From: a phage
DNA: 64,000 nucleotides
Strand: one strand, 5' to 3'
NCBI GenBank assembly: GCA_020773975.1
Contig: GCA_020773975.1_3638.1
The position numbers and the translations under genes are program-made. A model generated the notes under the pieces. The model was given only the letters and a program-made list of their open reading frames with translations. It was not told the origin of the DNA and made no database searches. Positions 18,186 to 26,788 of the stretch are shown here, one piece after another (position 1 is the stretch's first letter; the number at the start of each line of letters is the position of its first letter).

Positions 18186-18503
18186 TTATCCCTCACGACC
18201 AAACAGAATATCCACCTCAGCCATTTGCTCAACCTTTTCCTCAAGGTCTTTTCGCTTCTTACCAGCTTGGTATTGTCGGTCAAATTCTGCATTTATCATT
18301 GCATTGATAAATTTAGGGTCGTATCCGTGGCTTTCTTTTTCTACGGATACAATATCTTTAAGCATGTCACTTGCGTCTTTTTTCATGATGCGAGCTTCAA
18401 CACCTTCCAAGATGACTTTTTTCAGTCGATCGCGCTCAACAGGATCAGAAGGTAAAGTATTTTTCAGTTCAATTTTTGTTTTAGGCATACGTGGCATTTT
18501 CAT
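18186..18503 (-). CDS. Hypothetical protein
   Basis: ORF only. Confidence 0.35.
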   Translation of the reverse strand: MKMPRMPKTKIELKNTLPSDPVERDRLKKVILEGVEARIMKKDASDMLKDIVSVEKESHGYDPKFINAMINAEFDRQYQAGKKRKDLEEKVEQMAEVDILFGREG

Positions 18504-18561
18504 CTCCTCTGTCTACGTATAAATTTAATTATAAAAATTTTATATGGTTTGTCAAGGGGTA

Positions 18562-18768
18562 TTAAATAAAATCTACACCAATTAAATCACCATCACAACG
18601 AGCAATATTATCTGCCACACTGCTAAGTTCATAGACATAGCAAGTATGAGCATATTTCTTAGCGCCACCCCAACGGCGCTTTACAACAAAGCGTACAACA
18701 CACTTCTGAAACAGTGTTTCTGTACCACCGCGTTGTTCGATCTTCTTGATAAGGTCTTCGATATTCAC
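18562..18768 (-). CDS. Hypothetical small protein
   Basis: ORF only. Confidence 0.3.
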   Translation of the reverse strand: MNIEDLIKKIEQRGGTETLFQKCVVRFVVKRRWGGAKKYAHTCYVYELSSVADNIARCDGDLIGVDFI

Positions 18769-18823
18769 TTTTTACCACACTTCCAAAACAAGCCTCTTAT
18801 AAGGGGCTATTGTTATATATTGA

Positions 18824-19513
18824 TTACACTTTAATAATCGGTTCAACAAAGGTAATTGGTTTCATAATTTTACCATTACCATCCATAAAGGCAACACGTT
18901 CACCTACCTGAACATGGATTACAGAATTATAACGTCCTTTTGAACGCCGTTCAATCTCTTTGCATTCAAACTCCAACATCTCCAGTTCTTTATCCTTGTA
19001 GTCAGGATATTTAACAAGTAGTTGTGTGATTGTTGGGAACTTAGAGTCGTTAGAATTAAGAACCTCTTCCATATTATACCCAAGATTGATATCCAATTTA
19101 TAGCATAAAGCCACAACTTGTTTCAAAATCTCAGCATAATCAGAGATTTTCAACTTATCTTTATGTACCAAGTCAAGCAAACTACCGATTTGCAACTCAA
19201 CCGTGTCTGAGGGAACCATGCATGACTCCCATTTTTCAGTGTCCCACTGCACCAAACGCAAAGCGTAAGAGCTTACGACAAAAAGATCACAGGCTGCATC
19301 AATAACCGCTGCCTTGTCGGATGATGATAAGGCTTCAATAAGCTCAGAAAGCTCCTCTTTAATAAGATTTGTTTGTAGTTTAATATCTGTTGACATCCCA
19401 CCACGACCAATTCTTGCCACCTCATTCCATTTGGCAACACGATGACCATATGCAATCATGTTATCAGGCTTGCTCATGGTTTCAAGTGTGGAATACATAT
19501 TTTTTAAATTCAT
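18824..19513 (-). CDS. Putative MazG-like nucleotide pyrophosphohydrolase
   Basis: EExxE...D pattern (LIKEELSELIEAL ... DAACDLF); weak. Confidence 0.3.
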   Translation of the reverse strand: MNLKNMYSTLETMSKPDNMIAYGHRVAKWNEVARIGRGGMSTDIKLQTNLIKEELSELIEALSSSDKAAVIDAACDLFVVSSYALRLVQWDTEKWESCMVPSDTVELQIGSLLDLVHKDKLKISDYAEILKQVVALCYKLDINLGYNMEEVLNSNDSKFPTITQLLVKYPDYKDKELEMLEFECKEIERRSKGRYNSVIHVQVGERVAFMDGNGKIMKPITFVEPIIKV

Positions 19514-19522
19514 CTCTTCTCC

Positions 19523-19894
19523 TTAATTTACTGCATCTGGTATATGATCACCATCTGGTTGATCACGAATTATTCTTAGAGGTAACAAAGCACCATTTTT
19601 TCCTGTGAACAGACATTTATCTGCATAGCTACCATTCTTGTACCAAGAGTATGATGTATTAACTTTATAAGTCATACCATCAAACTGGCAAGCAACAGTG
19701 TTAATTATTGGCCTAATAAGACAAAATGTAAGGATACCAATAACAACAAACCATGCGATAATAATCTTGCGAATATTTGGTTTTACCCAATCAATAAAAT
19801 CATCTAATTTATCCCGTCTGAACCTATATGCCAGATACACACATACAGAGAACAGTATAGTAGTCAGTAGAACGAACACCCAATACCAAATCAT
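19523..19894 (-). CDS. Membrane protein
   Basis: Two or three predicted transmembrane helices. Confidence 0.35.
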   Translation of the reverse strand: MIWYWVFVLLTTILFSVCVYLAYRFRRDKLDDFIDWVKPNIRKIIIAWFVVIGILTFCLIRPIINTVACQFDGMTYKVNTSYSWYKNGSYADKCLFTGKNGALLPLRIIRDQPDGDHIPDAVN

Positions 19895-19906
19895 AATTAT
19901 TAACCT

Positions 19907-21232
19907 TTAATATATAGGATCCCACGTCAAAGAATCTACCTCACGAACACATTTGCCAACAGGAAATTGCGGAACACCGTCATCGGTCCTTGCTTGGTAT
20001 GTAAAAGTTATATACTTGCCGATAAGTTTTTTCATATTCTCTTGTGAGCGTTCTTCGTGTGTGCCTCTCATCTTACAGTTAAATTGTGTACCATCCTTCT
20101 CAGCACACAACAGGACACCTTCTCCATTCTTATCCTCAAAGGAATCAAGAACTCTGGCCTCACCATCCTGAAACAATTTCCACTTTTGAAGATCAGACGA
20201 TCTTTGTCCAAACTCATACTTTCCGTGAAAGTTCCTTATTACAACACCCTCATAACCTGCTTCCATGAACTCACTGATAAGCATCTTAACACGATCCTCA
20301 CCAGATACAATTGTTCCGTGTACCACTTTAATTAGGTGATGAGGCCACGCATATTCAGATACTTTCTGTAAATTATTAAACCTACACTTGTTTGTGTCAG
20401 AAGACATCCATGGTGTGTCATCTTCCGAAGGGATATCGAAAATATGATATTCTAAGTCTAAACTTGAATAACCACAATACTTATTAATATTTTTCTCTGG
20501 TTTCTTTGTGATAGGATGTTCTAACCCTTCGGAGTCTTTCCAAAATTCATCACCATTGTTAATTGCTTTTTCAAATCGCTTTATGTCTGATTGATAGTCT
20601 TTTTCTATCTCACACTCTATCTCTTCTGGTGTTCTCCATTTCTTAGCCAAAGAGACTATTTTCTGGAGACTTAACCCATGAATATACAACTCACCATCAA
20701 ACATTTTCAACCCTGTCTTTTTGGCTAGCTTAGACATCTGATCAAGCAATTGGCCTTGTACAGGATATGTTTTATTGCCACGACTATTAAACACAGGTAC
20801 ACCATCATCACCAACAAGAACAAGTGCTCTGACACCATCGAGTTTTGGTTGAACATGCACAGGGTACACTAAAGAGCTTTTCCTTTTAATAGCATCATGT
20901 GCAAGCATTGGTGAGAAATCTTGTGTTTTTGTAAGATCATCCTTTGATACACGATACCCAAGGCGTACTTGTTTTTCCCACTTAGATTTTGCCTCCAAAA
21001 CAGCTTGTTCTGTATCAGTTGTCTCATTTTTCTTACCGATGTTTTTGGCAAAGCATTTTGTGCGTTTATACTGCATTTTACCGTTTTCTTTACCAAACTC
21101 AACAACAGTTTCTGATCCATCTACCCACACATTCCACACTTGATATGTACCATCCCTGTTTATGGCGTACAGTGTTGGGAGGTTATTTTCAAGCATTAAA
21201 TACCTCGCTTGTGACAACAGATTTTCCTTCAA
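19907..21232 (-). CDS. ATP-dependent DNA ligase
   Basis: Motif I KLDGVRAL (KxDG) and nucleotidyltransferase architecture; 441 aa. Confidence 0.65.
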   Translation of the reverse strand: MKENLLSQARYLMLENNLPTLYAINRDGTYQVWNVWVDGSETVVEFGKENGKMQYKRTKCFAKNIGKKNETTDTEQAVLEAKSKWEKQVRLGYRVSKDDLTKTQDFSPMLAHDAIKRKSSLVYPVHVQPKLDGVRALVLVGDDGVPVFNSRGNKTYPVQGQLLDQMSKLAKKTGLKMFDGELYIHGLSLQKIVSLAKKWRTPEEIECEIEKDYQSDIKRFEKAINNGDEFWKDSEGLEHPITKKPEKNINKYCGYSSLDLEYHIFDIPSEDDTPWMSSDTNKCRFNNLQKVSEYAWPHHLIKVVHGTIVSGEDRVKMLISEFMEAGYEGVVIRNFHGKYEFGQRSSDLQKWKLFQDGEARVLDSFEDKNGEGVLLCAEKDGTQFNCKMRGTHEERSQENMKKLIGKYITFTYQARTDDGVPQFPVGKCVREVDSLTWDPIY

Positions 21233-21974
21233 GGTGATTCTCTACCAACTCGATAAGTTTTTGGTTGCTGAATGCTTCAACTGCTCCACAGCGCATTTGG
21301 TACACACCATATTTATCATACTGCTCTTGTTCAAAGTAATTGATCGCTGGGTTTATTACAACCAGTTTAATACCTCGTTTTGCGATTGCATGCAGCAATT
21401 CCCAGTTAAAGTCGATAACCTGATTAGAGCAGCCAACCAGAAGTACAAGATCTTGAGTATTCAAGTCATCAAGCATGGTAAACATGTCCTGATAAAGTGG
21501 TGCATTCTCACCGAAAAATACCACATTTGGCTTGCACCACCAGTAATCATCAGGGTCAACAACCGCATATCCGACATCAATCACACGTTTAGGAAACTCT
21601 TCACCATTCTGTACAACAAGCTCTTTGAGAAAACCATGTACATGGAGAATATCCTTCTTTTCAATGCCAGCACGTTCAAGCAGATCGTCAACGTTTGTCG
21701 TAAGATTACGTACTTGTCCAGGATAACGGTTATACCATTCTGCTACACGAAGATGTGCCATGTTGGGATGAACAGTCTTCAATTCTTCACGGCGTTTGTT
21801 ATAAAATTCGTGTGTTTTGTGATAGAAATTGCCACGAAATGCATGGATATTGCACACCTCTTCAAGATCATATTCGTCCCAGAGGGCTTTACCTGACGAA
21901 GTATCTGTACGGAATGTACGAATACCGCTTTCTGTTGACATACCTGCACCACTAATCACAAGTAATCGACGCAT
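21189..21974 (-). CDS. Sir2-family (sirtuin-like) NAD-dependent protein
   Basis: Canonical Sir2 NAD-binding motif GAGMSTESGIRTFR near the N-terminus; 261 aa. Confidence 0.7.
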   Translation of the reverse strand: MRRLLVISGAGMSTESGIRTFRTDTSSGKALWDEYDLEEVCNIHAFRGNFYHKTHEFYNKRREELKTVHPNMAHLRVAEWYNRYPGQVRNLTTNVDDLLERAGIEKKDILHVHGFLKELVVQNGEEFPKRVIDVGYAVVDPDDYWWCKPNVVFFGENAPLYQDMFTMLDDLNTQDLVLLVGCSNQVIDFNWELLHAIAKRGIKLVVINPAINYFEQEQYDKYGVYQMRCGAVEAFSNQKLIELVENHLEGKSVVTSEVFNA

Positions 21975-21982
21975 ATAACCAC

Positions 21983-22390
21983 CTATTGTAATTTTAAAGA
22001 GTTACGTAAACGTGCTTCTTGACGATCACGAATAAACTGCGGGACATCATGAATGCTTTCGTTACCATGATAATTTTCCACAACTACAGATGTTACATCA
22101 TAGCAGTACCTTTCTGCTAAGTCAAGATAAGGTTTTAACTCTTTTACAGAAGTTGTTGTGTTTGAAACAATAACCTTTTCAACTTCATTCTGCATGTGGA
22201 GTTCTACTTTGTCACGACACCATTGATGAGCTTTGTGGACATTTTCTTCCTTCCACTCATACACACCTTCTTCGGTGTAATGAAATTGGTCAGCTTCGCA
22301 TACAGGCCAACGACCACCATCAGCCAACTCTTTAGCCAAAGTTGACTTTCCTGACCCAGAAACACCACGTAAAATAAATAACTTTTTCAT
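21983..22390 (-). CDS. P-loop kinase (polynucleotide-kinase-like)
   Basis: Walker A GVSGSGKST; 135 aa. Confidence 0.45.
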   Translation of the reverse strand: MKKLFILRGVSGSGKSTLAKELADGGRWPVCEADQFHYTEEGVYEWKEENVHKAHQWCRDKVELHMQNEVEKVIVSNTTTSVKELKPYLDLAERYCYDVTSVVVENYHGNESIHDVPQFIRDRQEARLRNSLKLQ

Positions 22391-22400
22391 TAGTTTCCCT

Positions 22401-22733
22401 TTAGTATTGGTGGCGGTAGAATTTTATACCTAGAGTATTTTCAAAATATTCTCTCGCCAACATGAATTTGTTCACAGCAGATGGATTAGAGCTATGTACG
22501 TGAATCTCCTTAAGATTCATAAACTTACCATCATGAAGCTCACGTTCAATATAGATGAAAGCATCGTAACCTTCCTCATCACCACCCAAGTCATTATCAA
22601 AATGGATGGAATCAATGTCACTATCACTCATAAATTTTAGTAATGAGTAGAAGCTAGAGAGATTCTTACACCATAAGGCATTAGGGTATCCATAATCTAC
22701 TGGATTTCGCAGATCATCCAACCACAGTTTCAA
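22401..22733 (-). CDS. Hypothetical protein
   Basis: ORF only. Confidence 0.3.
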   Translation of the reverse strand: MKLWLDDLRNPVDYGYPNALWCKNLSSFYSLLKFMSDSDIDSIHFDNDLGGDEEGYDAFIYIERELHDGKFMNLKEIHVHSSNPSAVNKFMLAREYFENTLGIKFYRHQY

Positions 22734-23662
22734 ATTGTACCTCCGAAAAAATCCTCAATGATTTCACGACGGAATTGTTCATGCAAACATTCCCAATGTT
22801 CTTTAGAATAGTTATCACGCAAATAGTTTAGAAGTTTATAATACTCTTCGTCAACTTTCTTCTTAGCTTCTTCTGGATTTCCCCAAATCATATCCCACTT
22901 GTTCTTACCACCACGCATCAAGAATTTCTTCGCCAAATAGTGTGGAGATTTTATTTTCAATAGAAGATCTTGTTGCCCTGTGGCAGCACGTACAACAAAT
23001 CCCTCATGTTTGCATTCCTTAGACATTTTAAGGATGTCTGAAAAGTGCATATTTATGTAAATCTCCGGTCGTTTAAAACCGAACTCTTTTGCGATAAGAT
23101 CAAGAGCTTTTTCACTAAGCATAGAAGTTAATTTGTCTTTGTGAAAGCGAACACCAATCAAATACACACCAGATTTTTCAGGTACAATGTGTGGATCTGA
23201 AGGAGCACAAATCTCAAAGATAAATGTTGTCTTTGGTTCTTCCACACATGATAACAACATTGGCAAATTAGTACATTCAGCCATAATCATGCCTTTTGCA
23301 AGTTTTGCAAAATCTGAATCTAAAGTTCCTGTTGTTGAAACAATTAGCTCACCATTGTATGAGCTTACTGCTGCCATAAAGCCATTAACTTTACGTGCTG
23401 CATTTACAGCCATATCTTTTGGCAGGTCAGTACCGTTCTCTAAATGATTGAAAATCTTTGTAAAAGGCCAAACAATAATGTTGTCATCACTGTCCACAAC
23501 CATACCACGGCAATCAAGTAAGCGACTGTCTTGATCCCACAAGTTTTCCCAGAAAACTTTGTTACTGTATTTCAAAACAGACAAACCTTTAAACTCACCA
23601 CTGGTATAAGTCTTCTTTTTAACAAGACCTTTTGCCACTAAATCTTCAACATTAAATTTCAT
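22730..23662 (-). CDS. Putative RNA ligase (nucleotidyltransferase superfamily)
   Basis: KVNG (KxNG-type motif I lysine); sits with the kinase and phosphatase genes. Confidence 0.4.
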   Translation of the reverse strand: MKFNVEDLVAKGLVKKKTYTSGEFKGLSVLKYSNKVFWENLWDQDSRLLDCRGMVVDSDDNIIVWPFTKIFNHLENGTDLPKDMAVNAARKVNGFMAAVSSYNGELIVSTTGTLDSDFAKLAKGMIMAECTNLPMLLSCVEEPKTTFIFEICAPSDPHIVPEKSGVYLIGVRFHKDKLTSMLSEKALDLIAKEFGFKRPEIYINMHFSDILKMSKECKHEGFVVRAATGQQDLLLKIKSPHYLAKKFLMRGGKNKWDMIWGNPEEAKKKVDEEYYKLLNYLRDNYSKEHWECLHEQFRREIIEDFFGGTI

Positions 23663-23859
23663 AAGTCTTCACCACCACTATTGTAGGTTTGTTTATTCAA
23701 TAACTCAATTATACATAGCGATCGTCTTGCGTCAACAGATTGGCTTGTTGAGTTTTTAGCAACAACCAGCTTGTCCACATCTTCTTTCTTGATGGATCCG
23801 TAAGCACCAGAATCCATCATGAAGAATATTTTATCGTCTGTTATCTTGTATATTTTCAT
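23659..23859 (-). CDS. Hypothetical small protein
   Basis: ORF only. Confidence 0.3.
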   Translation of the reverse strand: MKIYKITDDKIFFMMDSGAYGSIKKEDVDKLVVAKNSTSQSVDARRSLCIIELLNKQTYNSGGEDL

Positions 23860-23880
23860 TCATAAACTCTGAATAATTAT

Positions 23881-24459
23881 TCAATGACCATCAGCGGTGA
23901 AAACGTCTTTTTCCATGCACATTTGGTATGCTTCTGGTAGATCCAAAATTCTCCCATGTACATCCCAACCCACATCAAGGATCCGTCCTTTCGCACTGTA
24001 AGAGCCGTGGCAATGACCGTGCAAGAACACAGACCCAAAGTGGGATTTATTCCATGCGGCAAACGGATAATGACTCATACAAATTTTTTGTTCATAATCG
24101 TTAAATTCGTAATAATCGCACACATCATGACCACGTTTTTTGAATGTTTTAATCGCATCAAAATTGTCATGATTACCTTTGACAAGGACGATATGCCCAA
24201 CAAGTTCATCAAGAATTTCTTCAAGTCTTTTAATAACTTGCTTGCCATGACCGAAACAGAAATCACCAAGCACAAAAGTCACAGTGTCAGCATCTGCACC
24301 ATGGTTAAATTTCACTGTGAGGTCTTGGTTCATTTGTTCAACTGTTTTGTACAAATCACCACGAAAACGTTTTGAACTCTCAAAGTTAAGGATGTTTTTA
24401 TGCCAGTAATGTAAATCAGATGTTACACGGTATTTGGTTCCCATTTCTCTCTCCCACAC
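23881..24459 (-). CDS. Calcineurin-like metallophosphoesterase
   Basis: Motifs GD...G, GNHD and GHCHG. Confidence 0.6.
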   Translation of the reverse strand: MWEREMGTKYRVTSDLHYWHKNILNFESSKRFRGDLYKTVEQMNQDLTVKFNHGADADTVTFVLGDFCFGHGKQVIKRLEEILDELVGHIVLVKGNHDNFDAIKTFKKRGHDVCDYYEFNDYEQKICMSHYPFAAWNKSHFGSVFLHGHCHGSYSAKGRILDVGWDVHGRILDLPEAYQMCMEKDVFTADGH

Positions 24460-24469
24460 ACAACAAAAA

Positions 24470-24748
24470 TCACTGTCGCTCTAACAAATCTTCTGCTGGA
24501 TAAGCATACAGCATGTATTCCCAACCACGATGATAGTGTCTGTGCTGCCAGTTGATTAATTTTAGGCACACAATGTTCACCACGTTCCTGTCCCCATGGA
24601 TAAAAACACAAGTCTCAAGGATTGACTTTCCAAACTCAACATGACTGTCAAGATACAGTTTTGTGTTGTATCTTTTTTCAGCATCTAGCATGATCTGTTT
24701 CAGAGCCAGAAATGCCTCACGACACACAGATTTTTCATCAGAAATCAT
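24470..24748 (-). CDS. Hypothetical protein (first gene of the leftward unit; start trimmed to internal Met)
   Basis: C-terminal 92 aa of ORF 24470..25060. The N-terminal part of the ORF runs through the repeat-rich non-coding region and is Cys-rich junk. Confidence 0.3.
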   Translation of the reverse strand: MISDEKSVCREAFLALKQIMLDAEKRYNTKLYLDSHVEFGKSILETCVFIHGDRNVVNIVCLKLINWQHRHYHRGWEYMLYAYPAEDLLERQ

Positions 24749-25188
24749 TTTGATATTCAAGCATTTCCCCCACACAGGCAACCACGTAAATCGTGTCTGA
24801 TCACCACAACACAATCGGTTTGAAACAAACCTGTTTGACACACAACTGAATCGTCGTAGTGTCATGCCAAAACACAGACAGACATGATACGACGAAGATC
24901 CCCACACAGAGTCACATAGTGACTTGTGACAACCCGAATCCATGATTGAGATCAACACACAGAGACAAACCTGTAGGGTTTGTTGATGTGGGTTTATCTC
25001 AGAATGGCTCATGAGGGTTAGATGGTCACAAGCTATCAGCGCAGTGAGCATCTTACACACTCACGTATTGCCTGAAGAGTCTCATCGACTCACACTTTCA
25101 GGCAAAACACTATGAACTCTATGATTCGAAATCATCGAACCATACGATTCGACTCAATCGAATCATATCAACAAAAATATTTAAAATC

Positions 25189-25222
25189 AAGTCTTGACAT
25201 TCTTCAAGACTTAGTGTATTTT
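25189..25222 (+). promoter_or_regulatory. Sigma70-like promoter (TTGACA-17-TATTTT) overlapped by a 9-6-9 palindrome
   Basis: TTGACA at 25194-25199; palindrome AAGTCTTGA-cattct-TCAAGACTT spans 25189-25211. Confidence 0.45.
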
Positions 25223-25253
25223 AAATAAATTTTATATAATATATTATTATATA

Positions 25254-25384
25254 TATAATACGTAGTATTATATTAAATTATATTATATAATTTATATTAT
25301 ATTAGATCATATTAAATTATATTATACGTAGTATAATATATTATATTAAATAGATCATAGTATTATAATACGTAGTATTATATT
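25254..25384. repeat. AT tract with three copies of an ~20 bp repeat containing palindromic TACGTA, and clustered GATC sites
   Basis: ataatacgtagtattatatt at ~25255 and ~25365 (exact) and a variant at ~25322. GATC at 25305, 25353, 25390 and 25413. Confidence 0.55.
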
Positions 25385-25427
25385 TAATAGATCTTATATG
25401 TTAGTTTAATTTGATCAGTTAGTATTG

Positions 25428-25471
25428 TGTCCCTGAAACGGGGACATACCCATGTCCCTGAAACGGGGACA
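25428..25471. repeat. Two tandem 19 bp hairpin repeats (tgtccc-tgaaacg-gggaca), 25 bp period
   Basis: Exact direct repeat at 25428-25446 and 25453-25471; each is an inverted repeat GTCCC/GGGAC. Confidence 0.6.
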
Positions 25472-25481
25472 TATGGGAGGG

Positions 25482-25510
25482 TTGACATTGTGTGGGGTTA
25501 TGGGTAGCAT
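25482..25510 (+). promoter_or_regulatory. Sigma70-like promoter (TTGACA-17-TAGCAT) for the rightward gene block
   Basis: Consensus -35, weaker -10, immediately downstream of the hairpin repeats. Confidence 0.4.
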
Positions 25511-25917
25511 TCTCGGTGTTGGATTACACACCGGAGTTTGCCTTGAAATCTATTGTTGGGGGTTTCCATGTAAATCCGAAACCTGGGTCGTACATCGCTG
25601 TCCCGACAGAGTGGGTTTTTGATGAACGCTTATCACCAAGCGATCTGCAAAGACTGATACGCTTGTTGTGGAGGTACGAGTATTTCAAGAATCTGAACCC
25701 TCTGGGTGGGGAACTGGTATTCTTTCCGTCACAACAATCCTTGTGTGGCCTGTTGGGGTGGAATGAAAACTCACGAACCAAAGTGTCTGAATTTCTGTCC
25801 CGGATGGAGAGCTTTGGTTATATCAGGCGTGTTAGATCAGGATTTCAGGATTCTGATGGTAACGTGAAACCAAGAAATTATATTATCGTCAATCGTATCA
25901 GAGGGGATAAATCATGA
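25492..25917 (+). CDS. Hypothetical protein (true start probably TTG ~25543 after GGAG)
   Basis: The ORF-track start lies inside the promoter spacer. Stop overlaps the start of the next gene. Confidence 0.35.
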   Translation: MGLWVAFSVLDYTPEFALKSIVGGFHVNPKPGSYIAVPTEWVFDERLSPSDLQRLIRLLWRYEYFKNLNPLGGELVFFPSQQSLCGLLGWNENSRTKVSEFLSRMESFGYIRRVRSGFQDSDGNVKPRNYIIVNRIRGDKS

Positions 25918-26723
25918 ATATTCGTTTGAGTTTGAACAAGCTACATGTGCCAGTTGACCATTTCACATTTAGTGGTGGTGAGGAGCAGATTAAGATCGAT
26001 ATGCGTCATGTTCCGCATGGTTCGATAGGTTTTGTTGATATCTTCGCTAGACTCAAGAACTCACAGGATGTGATGTGTTTGGCACTGCTTGTTGATGCAG
26101 TTAATCGTCTTGGCAATTTGGATGTTGGTGTGGAAAAGGTTTTACACCTGCCGTACATTCCGTATGCTCGACAAGACCGAGTTATGAACCCTGGAGAATC
26201 TCTGTCGGTGAAAGTCTTTGCCACAATGATTAACTCGCTTGGTTTCCACAAAGTCATCGTCGATGATCCACACAGTGACGTATCCGCAGCACTGATTGAT
26301 AACGTGAAAATTCGTTCTCAGACTGATTTGTTCTTGAACATGAATTTTGATTTTGATCTGCTTACGGACGAATCGCTTGTGTTGGTTGCTCCAGATGCAG
26401 GTGCACGCAAGAAGACCCAGAAGGTTGCTGATACCTTGGAACTATCTGTGGTTGAAGCAGGTAAAGTCCGTGATGTTTCGACAGGGGCAATCACAGGTAC
26501 AACAGTGTTTGGTGATGTCGATGGGAAGACATGCCTGGTTGTCGATGATATCTGCGATGGTGGGTTTACGTTTACAAACTTAGCTCAAGCCTTGAAAGCT
26601 GCTGGTGCAAAACGTGTTATTTTGTATGTTACGCATGGAATTTTCTCTCGTGGGAAAGAATTTATTCTCGACGGTGGTGTTGACGAAATTTATGCGTATT
26701 ACGACTGGACAGAAAATTTTTAA
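25914..26723 (+). CDS. Ribose-phosphate pyrophosphokinase (PRPP synthetase) family protein; candidate ADP-ribose pyrophosphate synthetase
   Basis: Prs motifs PYARQDR and PRPP-binding VDDICDGG; 269 aa. Confidence 0.65.
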   Translation: MNIRLSLNKLHVPVDHFTFSGGEEQIKIDMRHVPHGSIGFVDIFARLKNSQDVMCLALLVDAVNRLGNLDVGVEKVLHLPYIPYARQDRVMNPGESLSVKVFATMINSLGFHKVIVDDPHSDVSAALIDNVKIRSQTDLFLNMNFDFDLLTDESLVLVAPDAGARKKTQKVADTLELSVVEAGKVRDVSTGAITGTTVFGDVDGKTCLVVDDICDGGFTFTNLAQALKAAGAKRVILYVTHGIFSRGKEFILDGGVDEIYAYYDWTENF

Positions 26724-26788
26724 GTAGGTATTGACAAAGATACGTTTTAGTGAAAAAATACGCTTTTTAGGATTGGAGGGTTGAGACC

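Larger units (their letters stand above)
24760..25490. promoter_or_regulatory. Divergent control region: CA-rich repeats, GATTCGA-type repeats, AT tract, operator-like palindromes (candidate origin/early promoter region)
   Basis: About 730 bp with no credible ORF between the leftward and rightward gene blocks; internal repeats listed as separate features. Confidence 0.5.

Noticed and set aside
24749-25060. N-terminal 104 codons of ORF 24470..25060 (Cys-rich MCKMLTALIACDHLTLMSH...)
   Set aside because: They run through the CA-rich repeat region of the intergenic control region; composition-driven. Gene trimmed to the internal Met at 24748.
25428-25471. Possible CRISPR-like direct repeats
   Set aside because: Only two copies, each an inverted repeat, with a 6 bp spacer; fits an operator or hairpin pair, not a CRISPR array. 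No other repeat-spacer arrays seen.
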